This document shows positions 38,838 through 49,114 of a DNA stretch of 64,000 nucleotides, piece by piece. Location: contig CACKSN010000004.1 of the NCBI GenBank assembly GCA_902602845.1, forward strand, positions 4,363 through 68,362, in the 5' to 3' direction. The notes under the pieces were generated by a model that was not told the DNA's origin, did not search any database, and saw nothing but the letters and a program-made list of their open reading frames with translations. The translations under genes and the position numbers were made by a program. The stretch comes from an uncultured Alphaproteobacteria bacterium. GTDB lineage: Bacteria > Pseudomonadota > Alphaproteobacteria > HIMB59 > GCA-002718135. Numbering within the stretch: position 1 is the first letter of the stretch; each line of letters opens with the position of its first letter.

Positions 38838-39308
38838 ATGAAAATATTTTTAGGACTTTTTTTCTCACTCTGCATTTTTTCCTCATTTCAAGCTGTTTCT
38901 CTTGAAAAAGGTAAGTGGAATTTTGTAAAAACTGATGAATATTGTTATATTGGAAGTCTAGCAATAGAAACCGATCTTCCTCCTGAAAAAAATAGAGGAG
39001 AATATTATATTTTGGTTTATAAAAATATTGGTAATCCAGAAACGATAGTCCAGATTGAGGCAGGATACGATTATAAAATAGGTCCTGATATTAATGTAAC
39101 TATAGATAAAGGAAATTATATTTTTTACACAACAGAAGATTCACCAAGCGCTGCTTGGACATCTGAAGATAACAAAGTTATTTTCGCAATGAAAAAAGGA
39201 TTAAAACTTATTGTTAATGGTGTATCATCACGTGGAACTATTACCAATGATACTTATACATTAAATGGATTTACAACTTCATATAACAAATTAGTTGAAG
39301 ACTGTTGA
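38838..39308 (+). CDS. Invasion-associated locus B (IalB)-like exported protein
   Basis: Signal peptide, W....[25 protein letters not shown], terminal Cys. Confidence 0.75.
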   Translation: MKIFLGLFFSLCIFSSFQAVSLEKGKWNFVKTDEYCYIGSLAIETDLPPEKNRGEYYILVYKNIGNPETIVQIEAGYDYKIGPDINVTIDKGNYIFYTTEDSPSAAWTSEDNKVIFAMKKGLKLIVNGVSSRGTITNDTYTLNGFTTSYNKLVEDC

Positions 39309-40504
39309 TGTCTTTTAAAAAGATAGTTTTAGCCTATTCAGGTGGCTTAGATACTAGTGTAATACTCAAATGGTTACAGAATAAATATAACTGCCCAATT
39401 GTTACTTTCACAGCAGACATTGGTCAGGGTGAGGAATTAAGTCCAGTAGAAGAAAAAGCAAAAAGTCTTGGTGTAAAAGAAATTTTTATAGAAAATTTAC
39501 AAGAAGAATTTGTTAAAGATTATGTTTTTCCAATGTTCAGAGCTAATACTATTTATGAAGGTCAATATTTATTAGGCACAGCTATTGCTAGACCTTTAAT
39601 AGCAAAGAGACAGATAGAAATTGCTAGAGAAGTTGGGGCTGATGCTGTTGCTCATGGAGCTACAGGAAAAGGAAATGATCAAGTAAGATTTGAACTTGGT
39701 TATTATGCAAATAATCCTGATATCAAGGTAGTGGCACCCTGGAGAGACTGGGAATTTGAAAGTAGGATGGATTTAATTAATTTTGCTGAAAAACACCAAA
39801 TTTCATTCAATAAAGATAAAATCGGAGAACCTCCGTTTAGTACAGACTCAAATTTACTCCATACTTCTTCTGAAGGTAAAATTTTAGAAGATCCATGGAT
39901 TGAACCACCCGAGTATGTATTTACAAGAACTAAAAGTATTGAAGATGCATCTGATACACCTGAAACAATTGTATTGGGATTTGAAAAAGGTGATCCAGTA
40001 TTATTGAATGGTAAAAAATTAAAACCTCATGTGATTCTTAAAAATCTAAATGTAATAGCAGGGAAACACGGTATTGGCAGAATAGATATTGTTGAGAATA
40101 GATTTGTTGGGATAAAATCAAGGGGTGTATATGAAACTCCAGGTGGAACAATTATATTAACTGCTCATAGAGCTATAGAAAGCATAACTATTGATAAAGG
40201 AGAGGCTCACCTAAAAGATGAAATAATGCCAAAGTATGCAGAAGCAATTTATAACGGACTATGGTTTTCATCTGAAAGAAAAGCTATGCAGAACTTAATA
40301 GATTTAACACAACAAAATGTTAATGGAGAAGTAAAAATTAAATTGTATAAAGGTAATGTAATTATATTAGGAAGAAAATCAGAAAACTCATTGTATGATA
40401 CTAGTTTAGTTTCTTTTGATGAAAAAGGTCAATATGACCAAAAAGATGCAGAAGGATTTATAAAAATAAATTCACTTAGATTAAAAAAATCAAAAAATTT
40501 ATAA
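39308..40504 (+). CDS. argG: Argininosuccinate synthase
   Basis: [42 protein letters not shown]. Confidence 0.97.
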   Translation: MSFKKIVLAYSGGLDTSVILKWLQNKYNCPIVTFTADIGQGEELSPVEEKAKSLGVKEIFIENLQEEFVKDYVFPMFRANTIYEGQYLLGTAIARPLIAKRQIEIAREVGADAVAHGATGKGNDQVRFELGYYANNPDIKVVAPWRDWEFESRMDLINFAEKHQISFNKDKIGEPPFSTDSNLLHTSSEGKILEDPWIEPPEYVFTRTKSIEDASDTPETIVLGFEKGDPVLLNGKKLKPHVILKNLNVIAGKHGIGRIDIVENRFVGIKSRGVYETPGGTIILTAHRAIESITIDKGEAHLKDEIMPKYAEAIYNGLWFSSERKAMQNLIDLTQQNVNGEVKIKLYKGNVIILGRKSENSLYDTSLVSFDEKGQYDQKDAEGFIKINSLRLKKSKNL

Positions 40505-40506
40505 TT

Positions 40507-41352
40507 ATGGGCTATGGTGATGATCTTTTAATTACATCTTTTGCTTCAAAAATAAAACAAAAATATCCTGACAGACAAATAGTTATTGGAAAAGTCTCTG
40601 CAAAAAAGGCTTACCACTCAATAGTTTATGAAAATAATCCTAATATTTCAGATTGTAGAAATTTAGATCCAAAAAAACCTATCCATGTAATAGATTATCA
40701 CCCAGGTAACAGACCATATATAGATTATTCAAAATCTACCAATACACATTACATCTGGAATGAAAGATTTAAGCCTGTAGCTGGTGAATTATATTTTAAT
40801 GAAAATGAGTTATCTAATGCTGATAGAATTATTAAAGAATCAAAAATATTTTGGAAAAAAAATAATGACAGAGATTATAATAAAATTATTTTTATGGAAA
40901 CTTCTTCAACAAAAGTAAATGATAAAAACTTTAGTATAAAGCATAAAAATAAAGATTGGGGTTACCATAATTGGCAAGCCTTAGTAAATAATATTAAAAG
41001 AGATTACTTAATTATTCATTCTGTACATGGAGAAACAAAAAAATTTAATGGTGTTTTTTCCCCATCAAATTTAGATTTTCGTTTAGCTTGTGCAATAATG
41101 AAAAAATGTGACTTTTATGTAGGTCCTGAAGGTGGTTTTGGGCATGTAGCAGCAGCTTTAAACAAAAAAGCTGTATTATATTTTGGCGGTTGGATATCAC
41201 CAGATATTATAGGTTATGATTTTCATGAAAACATCTATTTTGAACATAAACAATCACCATGTGGTAGTTATAGAAATATCTGTAATCATTGCTCAGAAGC
41301 AAGAGAAAAAATTACCGTAGATATTTTTGAAAGAAAAATTAGATCAATATAG
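40507..41352 (+). CDS. GT9-like (GT-B) glycosyltransferase
   Basis: MGYGDDLL, NNPNI, KDWG, YVGPEGGFGHVAAAL..KAVLYFGG, C-terminal C..C..C. Confidence 0.72.
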   Translation: MGYGDDLLITSFASKIKQKYPDRQIVIGKVSAKKAYHSIVYENNPNISDCRNLDPKKPIHVIDYHPGNRPYIDYSKSTNTHYIWNERFKPVAGELYFNENELSNADRIIKESKIFWKKNNDRDYNKIIFMETSSTKVNDKNFSIKHKNKDWGYHNWQALVNNIKRDYLIIHSVHGETKKFNGVFSPSNLDFRLACAIMKKCDFYVGPEGGFGHVAAALNKKAVLYFGGWISPDIIGYDFHENIYFEHKQSPCGSYRNICNHCSEAREKITVDIFERKIRSI

Positions 41353-41356
41353 TATT

Positions 41357-42241
41357 TTATTTAAAATTATTTTTAAAAGCTATTGTCGTATTTCTTAACA
41401 AACAAGCAATTGTCATAGGACCAACTCCACCAGGAACAGGTGTTATAGCTGATGCTTTTAATTTTCCTTCATCAAAATTTACATCACCAACTAGTTTATT
41501 TTTAGTTTCACCATTAACTTTTAGTTGAATACGATTTATACCAACATCTATAACTATGGCACCTTCTTTAATCCAATCTCCTCTGACAATCTCAGCTTTC
41601 CCTACAGCAGCAATCAATATATCAGCTTTATTACAAATATTTGGTAAATCTCTTGTTTTTGAATGCGCAATGGTCACAGTACATGACTCTTTTAATAATA
41701 ATTGAGCCATTGGTTTTCCCACAATATTTGATCTCCCAATTACAACAGCGTTTTTACCTTTTAAATCAATGTCAAGGCTTTTAAGCATATGTAAACATCC
41801 ATAAGGTGTGCAAGGTATAAGTAAATTTTCATCATTTGTTGCGCTAATTGATAAATTACCAACATTTAAAGGATGAAAACCATCAGCGTCTTTATTTGGA
41901 TTAATTGTATCAAGTATAAATTGTTCGTTAATATGATTTGGTAGTGGTAATTGAACTAGTATCCCATTTACGTTATCTTGATTATTAAGCTTTTTAATTA
42001 TTTCTATTAATTCTTTTTCAGATATATTTTCATCTAAATGATGATCAATTACCTCAATCCCCACTTCTAGCGCACTTTTGGTTTTTGCTTTTACATAAAC
42101 ACTACTTGCAGCAACATTGCCAACTTGAATAACAGCCAGACCTGGAACTTGATTATGTTTTTTATTTAATTCAATAATTTCTTTTTTTAATCTATCTTTA
42201 AGATTCTGAGCTATTAATTTTCCATCAATTATTTTTGACAT
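41357..42241 (-). CDS. folD: Methylenetetrahydrofolate dehydrogenase/cyclohydrolase
   Basis: IIDGK, GILVQLPLP, KDADGFHP, PCTP, GRSNIVGKP, TPVPGGVGPMT. Confidence 0.97.
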   Translation of the reverse strand: MSKIIDGKLIAQNLKDRLKKEIIELNKKHNQVPGLAVIQVGNVAASSVYVKAKTKSALEVGIEVIDHHLDENISEKELIEIIKKLNNQDNVNGILVQLPLPNHINEQFILDTINPNKDADGFHPLNVGNLSISATNDENLLIPCTPYGCLHMLKSLDIDLKGKNAVVIGRSNIVGKPMAQLLLKESCTVTIAHSKTRDLPNICNKADILIAAVGKAEIVRGDWIKEGAIVIDVGINRIQLKVNGETKNKLVGDVNFDEGKLKASAITPVPGGVGPMTIACLLRNTTIAFKNNFK

Positions 42242-42243
42242 TT

Positions 42244-42525
42244 TTACCTAGGCCAATATTCAATTAAAAGACTTTTTATAAACCAAAGAGCAAGATAGAC
42301 AACTATTGGAGATAAATCTATTGAACCAAATATGGGTAAATATTTTCTTACAAAATTAAGGCTAGGTTCACATAATCTATACATTGCATCCATCAAGGTA
42401 TAAACAAATCGATTATTAGTATTTATTATATTAAAATTAATTAACCATGTTGATATAATATAAATAACAAGAATGAATTGAAACAAGTTTATAATTTGAA
42501 TTAATAATCCTAGTAATGAGCTCAT
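42244..42525 (-). CDS. yggT: YggT family membrane protein
   Basis: WLINFNIIN, CEP.L..VRK.LP, IDLSPI; upstream of folD. Confidence 0.88.
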   Translation of the reverse strand: MSSLLGLLIQIINLFQFILVIYIISTWLINFNIINTNNRFVYTLMDAMYRLCEPSLNFVRKYLPIFGSIDLSPIVVYLALWFIKSLLIEYWPR

Positions 42526-42574
42526 GTTTCAAATAAGTTAATTTGGTAATCTAATTTAGCTATTAAAGCAAAAC

Positions 42575-42605
42575 AAAAAAAGCGGTTTGTATAAAACCGC
42601 TTTTA
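42575..42605 (-). terminator. Rho-independent terminator of the SBP gene
   Basis: AAAAGCGGTTT / AAACCGCTTTT stem with T run on the minus strand. Confidence 0.8.
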
Positions 42606-42621
42606 ATAGTTTAAAAAAAAA

Positions 42622-43455
42622 TTACATAGAAATATCTCTACCAAACCACCTTTTGGTGATTTCTGCAGTAGTGCCATCCTTGGACATTTCAGAAATTACC
42701 GCATTCCACATTTCTAATATTTCTGCATCTTCTTTTCTTACGGCGCCACCAACACCATCACCGAACACGCCTCCAGAAAAAGTAGGGCCAGTGAAAGCAA
42801 CATCTACACCGCCATCAGATTCCATAAAATCAATTATAGAACCAACATCAGCTAAAATTGCATCGCATCTTCCGGCTGCAAGATCAATATTATGATCATC
42901 AACTGCTTGATAGAGCTTTACATCAACAGCACCGGACATATGTTTTTCTAAAAAATTTTGATGTATAGTCGATGATTGAACACATACCGTCATACCATCC
43001 ATTGCTGCTATTAATTGACCAATAGCTGCCTGTTCTTTTCCACCAGCATTATTCAAATTTACCTTTGCCATACCTGCGATATTTAGATCTGCCAGTCCAC
43101 TATCTTTTAAAACAGCGAATCTTGCACCATCAGTCATATAACCATTTGTAAAGTTAACCTTTTCTTTTCTTTCTTCGGTAATAGACATTCCTGCAATTAT
43201 GATATCATATTTACCTTGAAGAAGAGCTGGAATTATACCATCCCAGTCTTGAGTAACCCACTCACAAGTAACACCCATTCTATCACAAGCTTCGTTGCCA
43301 AAATCAATTTCAGCACCCTCAAGTTCACCTGCGGAATTTAGATTATTCCATGGTGGGTATGCTCCCTCTGTTCCAATCTTAATTGTTTGGGAATTTGCAA
43401 AAGAAGCAAAACCCAAAGTACTTAGAGACAAAATAATTAATAAAAATTTTTTCAC
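42622..43455 (-). CDS. Polar amino acid ABC transporter substrate-binding protein (SBP_bac_3; Arg/Lys/Orn/opine-like)
   Basis: Signal peptide, IGTEGAYPPWN, QDWDGIIPAL..GKYD..IAGMSITEER; AAGGAGG RBS, GTG start. Confidence 0.9.
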   Translation of the reverse strand: MKKFLLIILSLSTLGFASFANSQTIKIGTEGAYPPWNNLNSAGELEGAEIDFGNEACDRMGVTCEWVTQDWDGIIPALLQGKYDIIIAGMSITEERKEKVNFTNGYMTDGARFAVLKDSGLADLNIAGMAKVNLNNAGGKEQAAIGQLIAAMDGMTVCVQSSTIHQNFLEKHMSGAVDVKLYQAVDDHNIDLAAGRCDAILADVGSIIDFMESDGGVDVAFTGPTFSGGVFGDGVGGAVRKEDAEILEMWNAVISEMSKDGTTAEITKRWFGRDISM

Positions 43456-43540
43456 GTTTCCTCCTTAAAGAAGTCATTACAAATTATGTTGTGACCATAT
43501 AAGTTAAATAGAAAAAAATAAAATAAATATTGATACAACT

Positions 43541-43921
43541 TTATTTTTTTCTTGCTGAAAATATCAAGAAAACTGTGACAATTGCCAATATTGTGAATGG
43601 GAATAGCCAAAGAAATAAGTTTTTAAAATTAATCAAAGGCCTAAAAAGGATATATTCACCGTATCTTTCAACAAGAAATTTTTTAATCTCTGACTCTGTT
43701 TTACCTTCATGAAATTTTTGTTTTACAAGCTTTTTTATGTCAATAGAAAAATCTGCGTCTGAGTCATAAATGCTTTGATTCTGACAAGTCATGCAACGTA
43801 GCTCTAATGTGAGTTTTTTAACTTTGTCATTAACATTTTCATTCCCATGCACGCCAGATGTCAAAATAAAAATTAAAAATAAATTTTTTAAAATTAATTT
43901 ACAAGCGTGGTTGAATTTCAT
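43541..43921 (-). CDS. ccmH: Cytochrome c biogenesis protein CcmH
   Basis: ELRCMTCQNQSI, RYGEYILFRP, C-terminal TM. Confidence 0.92.
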   Translation of the reverse strand: MKFNHACKLILKNLFLIFILTSGVHGNENVNDKVKKLTLELRCMTCQNQSIYDSDADFSIDIKKLVKQKFHEGKTESEIKKFLVERYGEYILFRPLINFKNLFLWLFPFTILAIVTVFLIFSARKK

Positions 43922-44423
43922 CTTTTATTATTTTATCAGTTAAAGGTCCCATATATTTATAAACAATTTTACCTTTTTCATTTATAAGAAATGTTTCGGG
44001 CAGTCCAAAGACACCAAAATCTAAAGCAATTAAGCCATCTTTATCAACACCAACAAATGTGTAAGGATTTCCTTCATCCTTGAGATAGTTTTTTGCATCT
44101 TTTGCAGCATCTTTATGATTAAAGCCTAATATATATAAATCAGGATATTGCTCTGCCAATTCAAAAAACAACGGATGCTCTACTTTACATGGTGTACACC
44201 ATGAGGCAAAAAAATTAATTATAATTTTTTTATTTCTCAAATCATTATCAGTTAAAATAATCTCATTATCAAACAAAGATTTACTAGTAAAAGATGGAAG
44301 ATTTTTATTTAATAACGCACTTGGCGGCTTATTAGGATCTTTGTTACCAATTATATAAAATAATGTAAATAAGCATATTATAAAAAGTATAATAAGTGGC
44401 GAAATAACAATTATTCGTTTCAT
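43899..44423 (-). CDS. ccmG: Thiol:disulfide interchange protein CcmG/DsbE
   Basis: PSALL, NFFASWCTPCKVEHP, GNPY, FGVFGLPETF; start at ATG 44423 overlapping the ccmF stop. Confidence 0.92.
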   Translation of the reverse strand: MKRIIVISPLIILFIICLFTLFYIIGNKDPNKPPSALLNKNLPSFTSKSLFDNEIILTDNDLRNKKIIINFFASWCTPCKVEHPLFFELAEQYPDLYILGFNHKDAAKDAKNYLKDEGNPYTFVGVDKDGLIALDFGVFGLPETFLINEKGKIVYKYMGPLTDKIIKDEIQPRL

Positions 44424-46285
44424 CTTTTTGTTGCTCCTATAAAGCCTGAGTAAATCATAATTATAACCCCTAACCAAATAAAACTTACAAAAGGATTAAT
44501 ATAAACTTTAATGAACCATTCATTATTTTTTTGTTCACCTACTATAAAGTAAACATCTCTGAACCATTGATGTAATATACCTGCTTCTGTGGTTATTATT
44601 TTGGAGGTTGGATAATAATTTTTACCAGCTTTTATTGTTGATAAAACCCTATCTTTATCAGTGATAACAAAGTTTATTCTTAGAGCTTGATAATTTTTTT
44701 CATTTGATGTTTCAACATTCTCAAAAATAATTTTGTTATTTTTAATTTTGAATTCATCACCCTGTTTTAAGTTATACTGATATTCATTTTTAAATACACT
44801 TGAACAGGTAATGCCTATAATTGCAATTCCTACACCAATGTGTGCAATATGTGAGTTAATTTTCTTAAAAAAGTTAAAATTTAATTTCAATTTATATGAT
44901 AAGATTATAGCTAAAAAAGAAGCTATAATAATCCAAAAGCCTAAAATTAAGCCCAGAATTCCCCATGGATTAAAAATAGTAAAATAAGAATAAAATAATA
45001 CTAACAAGCTAATTAAAATAAATCCAATAACATAATATCTATAATTTTTGATTTTATTAGTTTGCCACGAAAGAACTGGAGCAATACTCATCAGTAAAAA
45101 ACCTGGTATCATAATTGGTATTACAGTTGAGTTAAAGTAAGGCCCCCCGACTGATATTCTCTCATTAGTTATCACCTCAACTATTATTGGGTAAATTGTT
45201 CCAAGTAATATAGTTAATGTGGTTACAATCATTAAAACATTGTTTATTACTAAAGCAGAAACTTTATTAATGAATAATAAATTTATCTTTCCAGAATTGT
45301 CAGGACTTTTTAGTAAAAAAATTAAGAAACCAAATCCAGTAATTAAAAAAAAGATTAATAAAATAAACAAACCTCTCGAAGCATCAGCCGCAAAAGAGTG
45401 TACACTTGTTAATATTCCAGATCTGACTAGAAAAGTTCCAAATATACTTAAAGAAAAACATAAAATAGATAAAAATATTATCCATTTTTTTAAAATCTGC
45501 TCACCTTTAATCATAAGAAGTGAGTGAACAAGCGCCAACCCTGCAATCCAAGGCATTAATGAAATATTTTCTACTGGATCCCAAAACCACCATCCACCCC
45601 ATCCTAATTCATAGTAAGCCCAATATGATCCTAGAGCTATTCCCCCGGTCAAGAATGTCCAGCTAATTAGGGACCATTTTTTTGCTAAATATAACCACTC
45701 ATTATTTTTTTCTTTTTGTAACAATCCAGCAATAGCCAGACTAAATATTATTGAATACCCAACATATCCTGCATAAAGTACAGGGGGATGAATTGCCAAA
45801 CCTGGATCTTGCAGAATAGGATTAAGTCCTAAGCCTTCATCAACAATTACAGAATTGATCAGAAATGGATTGGAAGTTAAAATTATAAATAAAGAAAATA
45901 AGATGTGTAAAGATGTTTGTATTAAAAGTGTTTGTTTTTTAAGTTTATCATCAATTTTTTTTGAAAAAGAAAAAAAAAATGCATAAATTGATAAAATTGA
46001 AATCCATAACAACATAGAACCTTCATGATTTCCCCATGTACCTGAAATTTTGTAAATCATGGGTTTTTGTGAATGGGAGTTTTGAAACACATTGAAATTA
46101 TTAAAGTCAGAAGTTACGTAAGCTACCATCAGTGAAAAAAAAGAAGTTAATGTTAAAATAGCAGATATTCGGATTAAAAAATTAAATCTAACTATACTTA
46201 AGTTAATTAAAGGAATTGAAGATAGCAAAAAAAGGTTTAATACCAAGCTTATAAACAAAGCCAGAAAACCTATAAGGGAACTCAT
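44420..46285 (-). CDS. ccmF: Heme lyase CcmF
   Basis: WGNHEGSMLLW, GLNPILQD..IHPP, WAYYELGWGGWWFWDPVEN, SVHSFA. Confidence 0.96.
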   Translation of the reverse strand: MSSLIGFLALFISLVLNLFLLSSIPLINLSIVRFNFLIRISAILTLTSFFSLMVAYVTSDFNNFNVFQNSHSQKPMIYKISGTWGNHEGSMLLWISILSIYAFFFSFSKKIDDKLKKQTLLIQTSLHILFSLFIILTSNPFLINSVIVDEGLGLNPILQDPGLAIHPPVLYAGYVGYSIIFSLAIAGLLQKEKNNEWLYLAKKWSLISWTFLTGGIALGSYWAYYELGWGGWWFWDPVENISLMPWIAGLALVHSLLMIKGEQILKKWIIFLSILCFSLSIFGTFLVRSGILTSVHSFAADASRGLFILLIFFLITGFGFLIFLLKSPDNSGKINLLFINKVSALVINNVLMIVTTLTILLGTIYPIIVEVITNERISVGGPYFNSTVIPIMIPGFLLMSIAPVLSWQTNKIKNYRYYVIGFILISLLVLFYSYFTIFNPWGILGLILGFWIIIASFLAIILSYKLKLNFNFFKKINSHIAHIGVGIAIIGITCSSVFKNEYQYNLKQGDEFKIKNNKIIFENVETSNEKNYQALRINFVITDKDRVLSTIKAGKNYYPTSKIITTEAGILHQWFRDVYFIVGEQKNNEWFIKVYINPFVSFIWLGVIIMIYSGFIGATKR

Positions 46286-46719
46286 TAGTAATTTTTATTC
46301 CAATAACCTGATTCTTCTAATTCATTTTTAATTGAAGCAGGCATATAATTTTCATCATGTTTTGCAAATACACTTGTAGCTTTAAAAATATTTTGTTTTA
46401 GCATGTGTCCTTCAATAACTGCACCTTGTCCTTCTCTAAATAAGTCGGGTAAAATACCATTATAAATAACTTTAATTGAGTGATTATTATCAGTAATATT
46501 AAAATTAAATAAACTTGAAGATACTTTTACAAATGTATCTTTTTCGACAAAACCACCGATCCTAATATTTTTATTGTTTGTATCTTTGTTAATTATTTCT
46601 GATGGTGTGTAAAAATAGGATATATTTTCTTTTGAATTAAGTAGAATAAGCACGATCGCTATAGAGACCATAAGTAAAGAAAATATTATTAGTAATAACC
46701 TTTGAAATCGTTGAGACAT
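46285..46719 (-). CDS. ccmE: Heme chaperone CcmE
   Basis: YFYTPSE, IRIGGFV, YNGILPDLFREGQG, AKHDENYMP. Confidence 0.95.
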   Translation of the reverse strand: MSQRFQRLLLIIFSLLMVSIAIVLILLNSKENISYFYTPSEIINKDTNNKNIRIGGFVEKDTFVKVSSSLFNFNITDNNHSIKVIYNGILPDLFREGQGAVIEGHMLKQNIFKATSVFAKHDENYMPASIKNELEESGYWNKNY

Positions 46720-46820
46720 TATTTTTTTGTTTTTGTAAATTTTAAATAACTAATAATTAGTAGCAAAATTAACAAAAGCAAAGCTGAAATATACGCACTA
46801 AAAATAAACCAAAAATACAT
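46719..46820 (-). CDS. ccmD: Heme exporter protein CcmD, 33 aa (not in ORF track)
   Basis: MYFWFIFSAYISALLLLILLLIISYLKFTKTKK: single TM with the Y..F...AY motif and basic tail; lies between ccmC and ccmE, stop overlapping the ccmE start. Confidence 0.75.
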   Translation of the reverse strand: MYFWFIFSAYISALLLLILLLIISYLKFTKTKK

Positions 46821-46886
46821 ATTATTGTAATAACAAAATTATTTTATTAAAGATATCTATTCAACTGGACTAATAGTCACAAATAA

Positions 46887-47582
46887 TTAAAGATTATTTT
46901 TTCTGTTATGTATTTCAGTCTTTATTCTAAATATAGCTATGCAAATACCAATAAATACGAAAGCAAATGTCATTAAAATTAAAGGCACCATCATTGAAGG
47001 ATCTATGCTAGGTTTTGAAAGTTTGCTTATGGTTGCGGGTTGGTGTAATGTATTCCACCAATCCACAGAAAATTTAACAATTGGTAAATTAATAGAACCT
47101 ATTAAAATAAATATTGCTGTGACTTTTTCTCTAACTATCCTGTTTTCAAAAGATAGATTTATAAATATTATTATTAAATAAACTACAAATAATACCGCTA
47201 CTGAAGTTAGCCTAGCGTCCCACACCCACCAAGTACCCCACATTGGTTTTCCCCAAAGTGATCCACTAATTATACAAATCAGAGTAAATGTAGCACCGAT
47301 TGGAGCGACAGCACTGTTTACAATATAGCCAAATGGCATTCTAAATGCCAATGCCAAAATACTGTAGATTGACATTATGAAGTATGTCATGAGAGATAAC
47401 CATGCACTAGGAACATGGACGTACATAATTCTTACTGTAGACCCTTGCTGATAATCATTTGGTGAAAAGTAGAAAGAAAAAATTAATCCTAAAAAAAGAA
47501 AAATTACCGATAAATATAATAGAGGTTTTATTAAAGTATCTGAAAAATTGTTAAATTTATAAGGATTAATTAGGAATTTCAT
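46887..47582 (-). CDS. ccmC: Heme exporter protein CcmC
   Basis: YVHVPSAW, WGKPMWGTWWVWDARLTS, WWNTLHQ. Confidence 0.96.
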   Translation of the reverse strand: MKFLINPYKFNNFSDTLIKPLLYLSVIFLFLGLIFSFYFSPNDYQQGSTVRIMYVHVPSAWLSLMTYFIMSIYSILALAFRMPFGYIVNSAVAPIGATFTLICIISGSLWGKPMWGTWWVWDARLTSVAVLFVVYLIIIFINLSFENRIVREKVTAIFILIGSINLPIVKFSVDWWNTLHQPATISKLSKPSIDPSMMVPLILMTFAFVFIGICIAIFRIKTEIHNRKNNL

Positions 47583-47583
47583 C

Positions 47584-48258
47584 TTAATTATTTTGTAAAG
47601 CTAATTTTATACAAGCACCACTTGCCCAAGGATTTACTGAAAATAAAATTAACAATATACCAATTAGTATATTTATAAGAGAATTAAAGCTTTCTTCTAA
47701 ATTAATTATGCCTATTGAAAAAATTATCACTGGAATACTGAAAATCATAACTATTACACTGCCTAACAAATAGTTCCTTTGGTTCAAAAGATTCATTGAT
47801 GCCGATATTGATCCTAAACAAGATAAAATTAGAGAACCTAAAACAAAACTTAATAATAAATTATATACTTTATCAAAAGAAATATTCAGTATTATACAAG
47901 CAATTGGTATTGATACTAAAAAAGGAATTTGCACATAAATAAAATGTGAAATTGTTTTTAAAATAGCTATAAATTCAAAACTCATTCCATGTAAATGTAG
48001 AATTAGCAGGTTATGACTATCAAAATCATCTTTATAAAATTTTCTTAAAGAAAGTGTTGAGCTTAGTAATAACAATGTCCATACAATCCCTACAGCCAAT
48101 TTAGATAATGTTTCGTTATCAGGGCCTATTGAAAAAATAAAAATAAAAATAGAAATAAAAAAGAATGTTATATTTGTAAGTATATCATGAAATCCACTAA
48201 GGTTAAGCTTATACTCTCTATAAAAAAAATTTATAATTTTTTTTGCAAATTCAAACAT
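47584..48258 (-). CDS. ccmB: Heme exporter protein CcmB
   Basis: Six TMs, IGPD..L...A.GIVW, F.DDF, PVIIF; between ccmA and ccmC. Confidence 0.85.
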   Translation of the reverse strand: MFEFAKKIINFFYREYKLNLSGFHDILTNITFFFISIFIFIFSIGPDNETLSKLAVGIVWTLLLLSSTLSLRKFYKDDFDSHNLLILHLHGMSFEFIAILKTISHFIYVQIPFLVSIPIACIILNISFDKVYNLLLSFVLGSLILSCLGSISASMNLLNQRNYLLGSVIVMIFSIPVIIFSIGIINLEESFNSLINILIGILLILFSVNPWASGACIKLALQNN

Positions 48259-48864
48259 CTATAATTTTATTTCCTCGTATTTACTGAATTTGATATCTTG
48301 ATGTGAACTAAATAAGACAGAACCTTCATTTTTACAATGCTCTTCAAATGTTTGTCTAATGATATCAATAGAATCTAGATCTAAATTTGTAAATGGCTCA
48401 TCAAGAAGCCAATATTTTTTATTTTCAATGATTAGTCTTAGTAATTCTAATTTTTTAATCTCACCTAGTGACAGTGTACTTACTTTTTTATTTTTATAAT
48501 TATTGAGTTTTAATATTGTTAGAACATTTCGTATTTTTTCATAATCAATTTTTGATATAGATATTTTTTTCCATATTTTTATATTTTCTTCTATTGTTAA
48601 TTGTTTAAGACTCGTGGGCCTATCACCAATGTAAGTAATGTTATTATAAAAATCATATATTGTTTTTGGTAAAATTTTACCCTTCCAATAAATAGATCCA
48701 GAGGATGGTTCTAATAAGTAAAGTATAGTTTTGATCAACGATGTCTTCCCAGAACCATTCTTTCCTTTTAAAATTAATACTCTGCCCGAACCTAAAGTAA
48801 AACTAATATTTTCAAAAATTTTTGTATTCAATCTGTTAAGAGAAACATTTTGTAAAATTAGCAT
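48259..48864 (-). CDS. ccmA: Heme ABC exporter ATPase CcmA
   Basis: GKNGSGKTSL, LSLGE, WLLDEPFTNLD, SSH. Confidence 0.9.
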   Translation of the reverse strand: MLILQNVSLNRLNTKIFENISFTLGSGRVLILKGKNGSGKTSLIKTILYLLEPSSGSIYWKGKILPKTIYDFYNNITYIGDRPTSLKQLTIEENIKIWKKISISKIDYEKIRNVLTILKLNNYKNKKVSTLSLGEIKKLELLRLIIENKKYWLLDEPFTNLDLDSIDIIRQTFEEHCKNEGSVLFSSHQDIKFSKYEEIKL

Positions 48865-48900
48865 AATTATTTGTCTAAATAATATTTTGATTTAAACAAT

Positions 48901-48926
48901 AAAAAACGGGGTTTGACCCCCGTTTT
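48901..48926 (-). terminator. Rho-independent terminator downstream of the Lys-rich peptide gene
   Basis: Minus strand AAAACGGGGG-TCAAA-CCCCGTTTTTT. Confidence 0.82.
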
Positions 48927-48991
48927 CTTTTTTGTAAAAAAGATAAGAAAAAGAAAACTTTAAAAAGTTTTCTCGAAAAAACAAAGTTTTA

Positions 48992-49114
48992 CTATCTTCT
49001 TTTTTTCTTTTTAGCAGCTTTTTTCTTTTTCTTCTTTGGAGCTGCTTTTTTCTTTTTCTTAGGAGCAGCTTTTTTCTTTTTCTTTGGAGCTGCTTTCTTT
49101 TTCTTCTTAGCCAT
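48992..49114 (-). CDS. 40-aa Lys/Ala/Pro-rich basic peptide (histone H1 tail/protamine-like; not in ORF track)
   Basis: MAKKKKKAAPKKKKKAAPKKKKKAAPKKKKKKAAKKKKRR; AAGGAG RBS 6 nt before ATG; synonymous codon variation among repeats; own terminator. Confidence 0.85.
   Translation of the reverse strand: MAKKKKKAAPKKKKKAAPKKKKKAAPKKKKKKAAKKKKRR

Noticed and set aside
43456-43540. Riboswitch upstream of the amino acid SBP
   Set aside because: Region is short and AT-rich with only a weak hairpin; no recognisable aptamer.
44424-44477. N-terminal extension of ccmG in the ORF track
   Set aside because: Lies inside ccmF; the ATG at 44423 overlapping the ccmF stop is the more plausible start.
48992-49114. 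Non-coding simple sequence repeat
   Set aside because: Variation is confined to synonymous positions, and RBS, start, stop and terminator are present, so it is treated as a gene.
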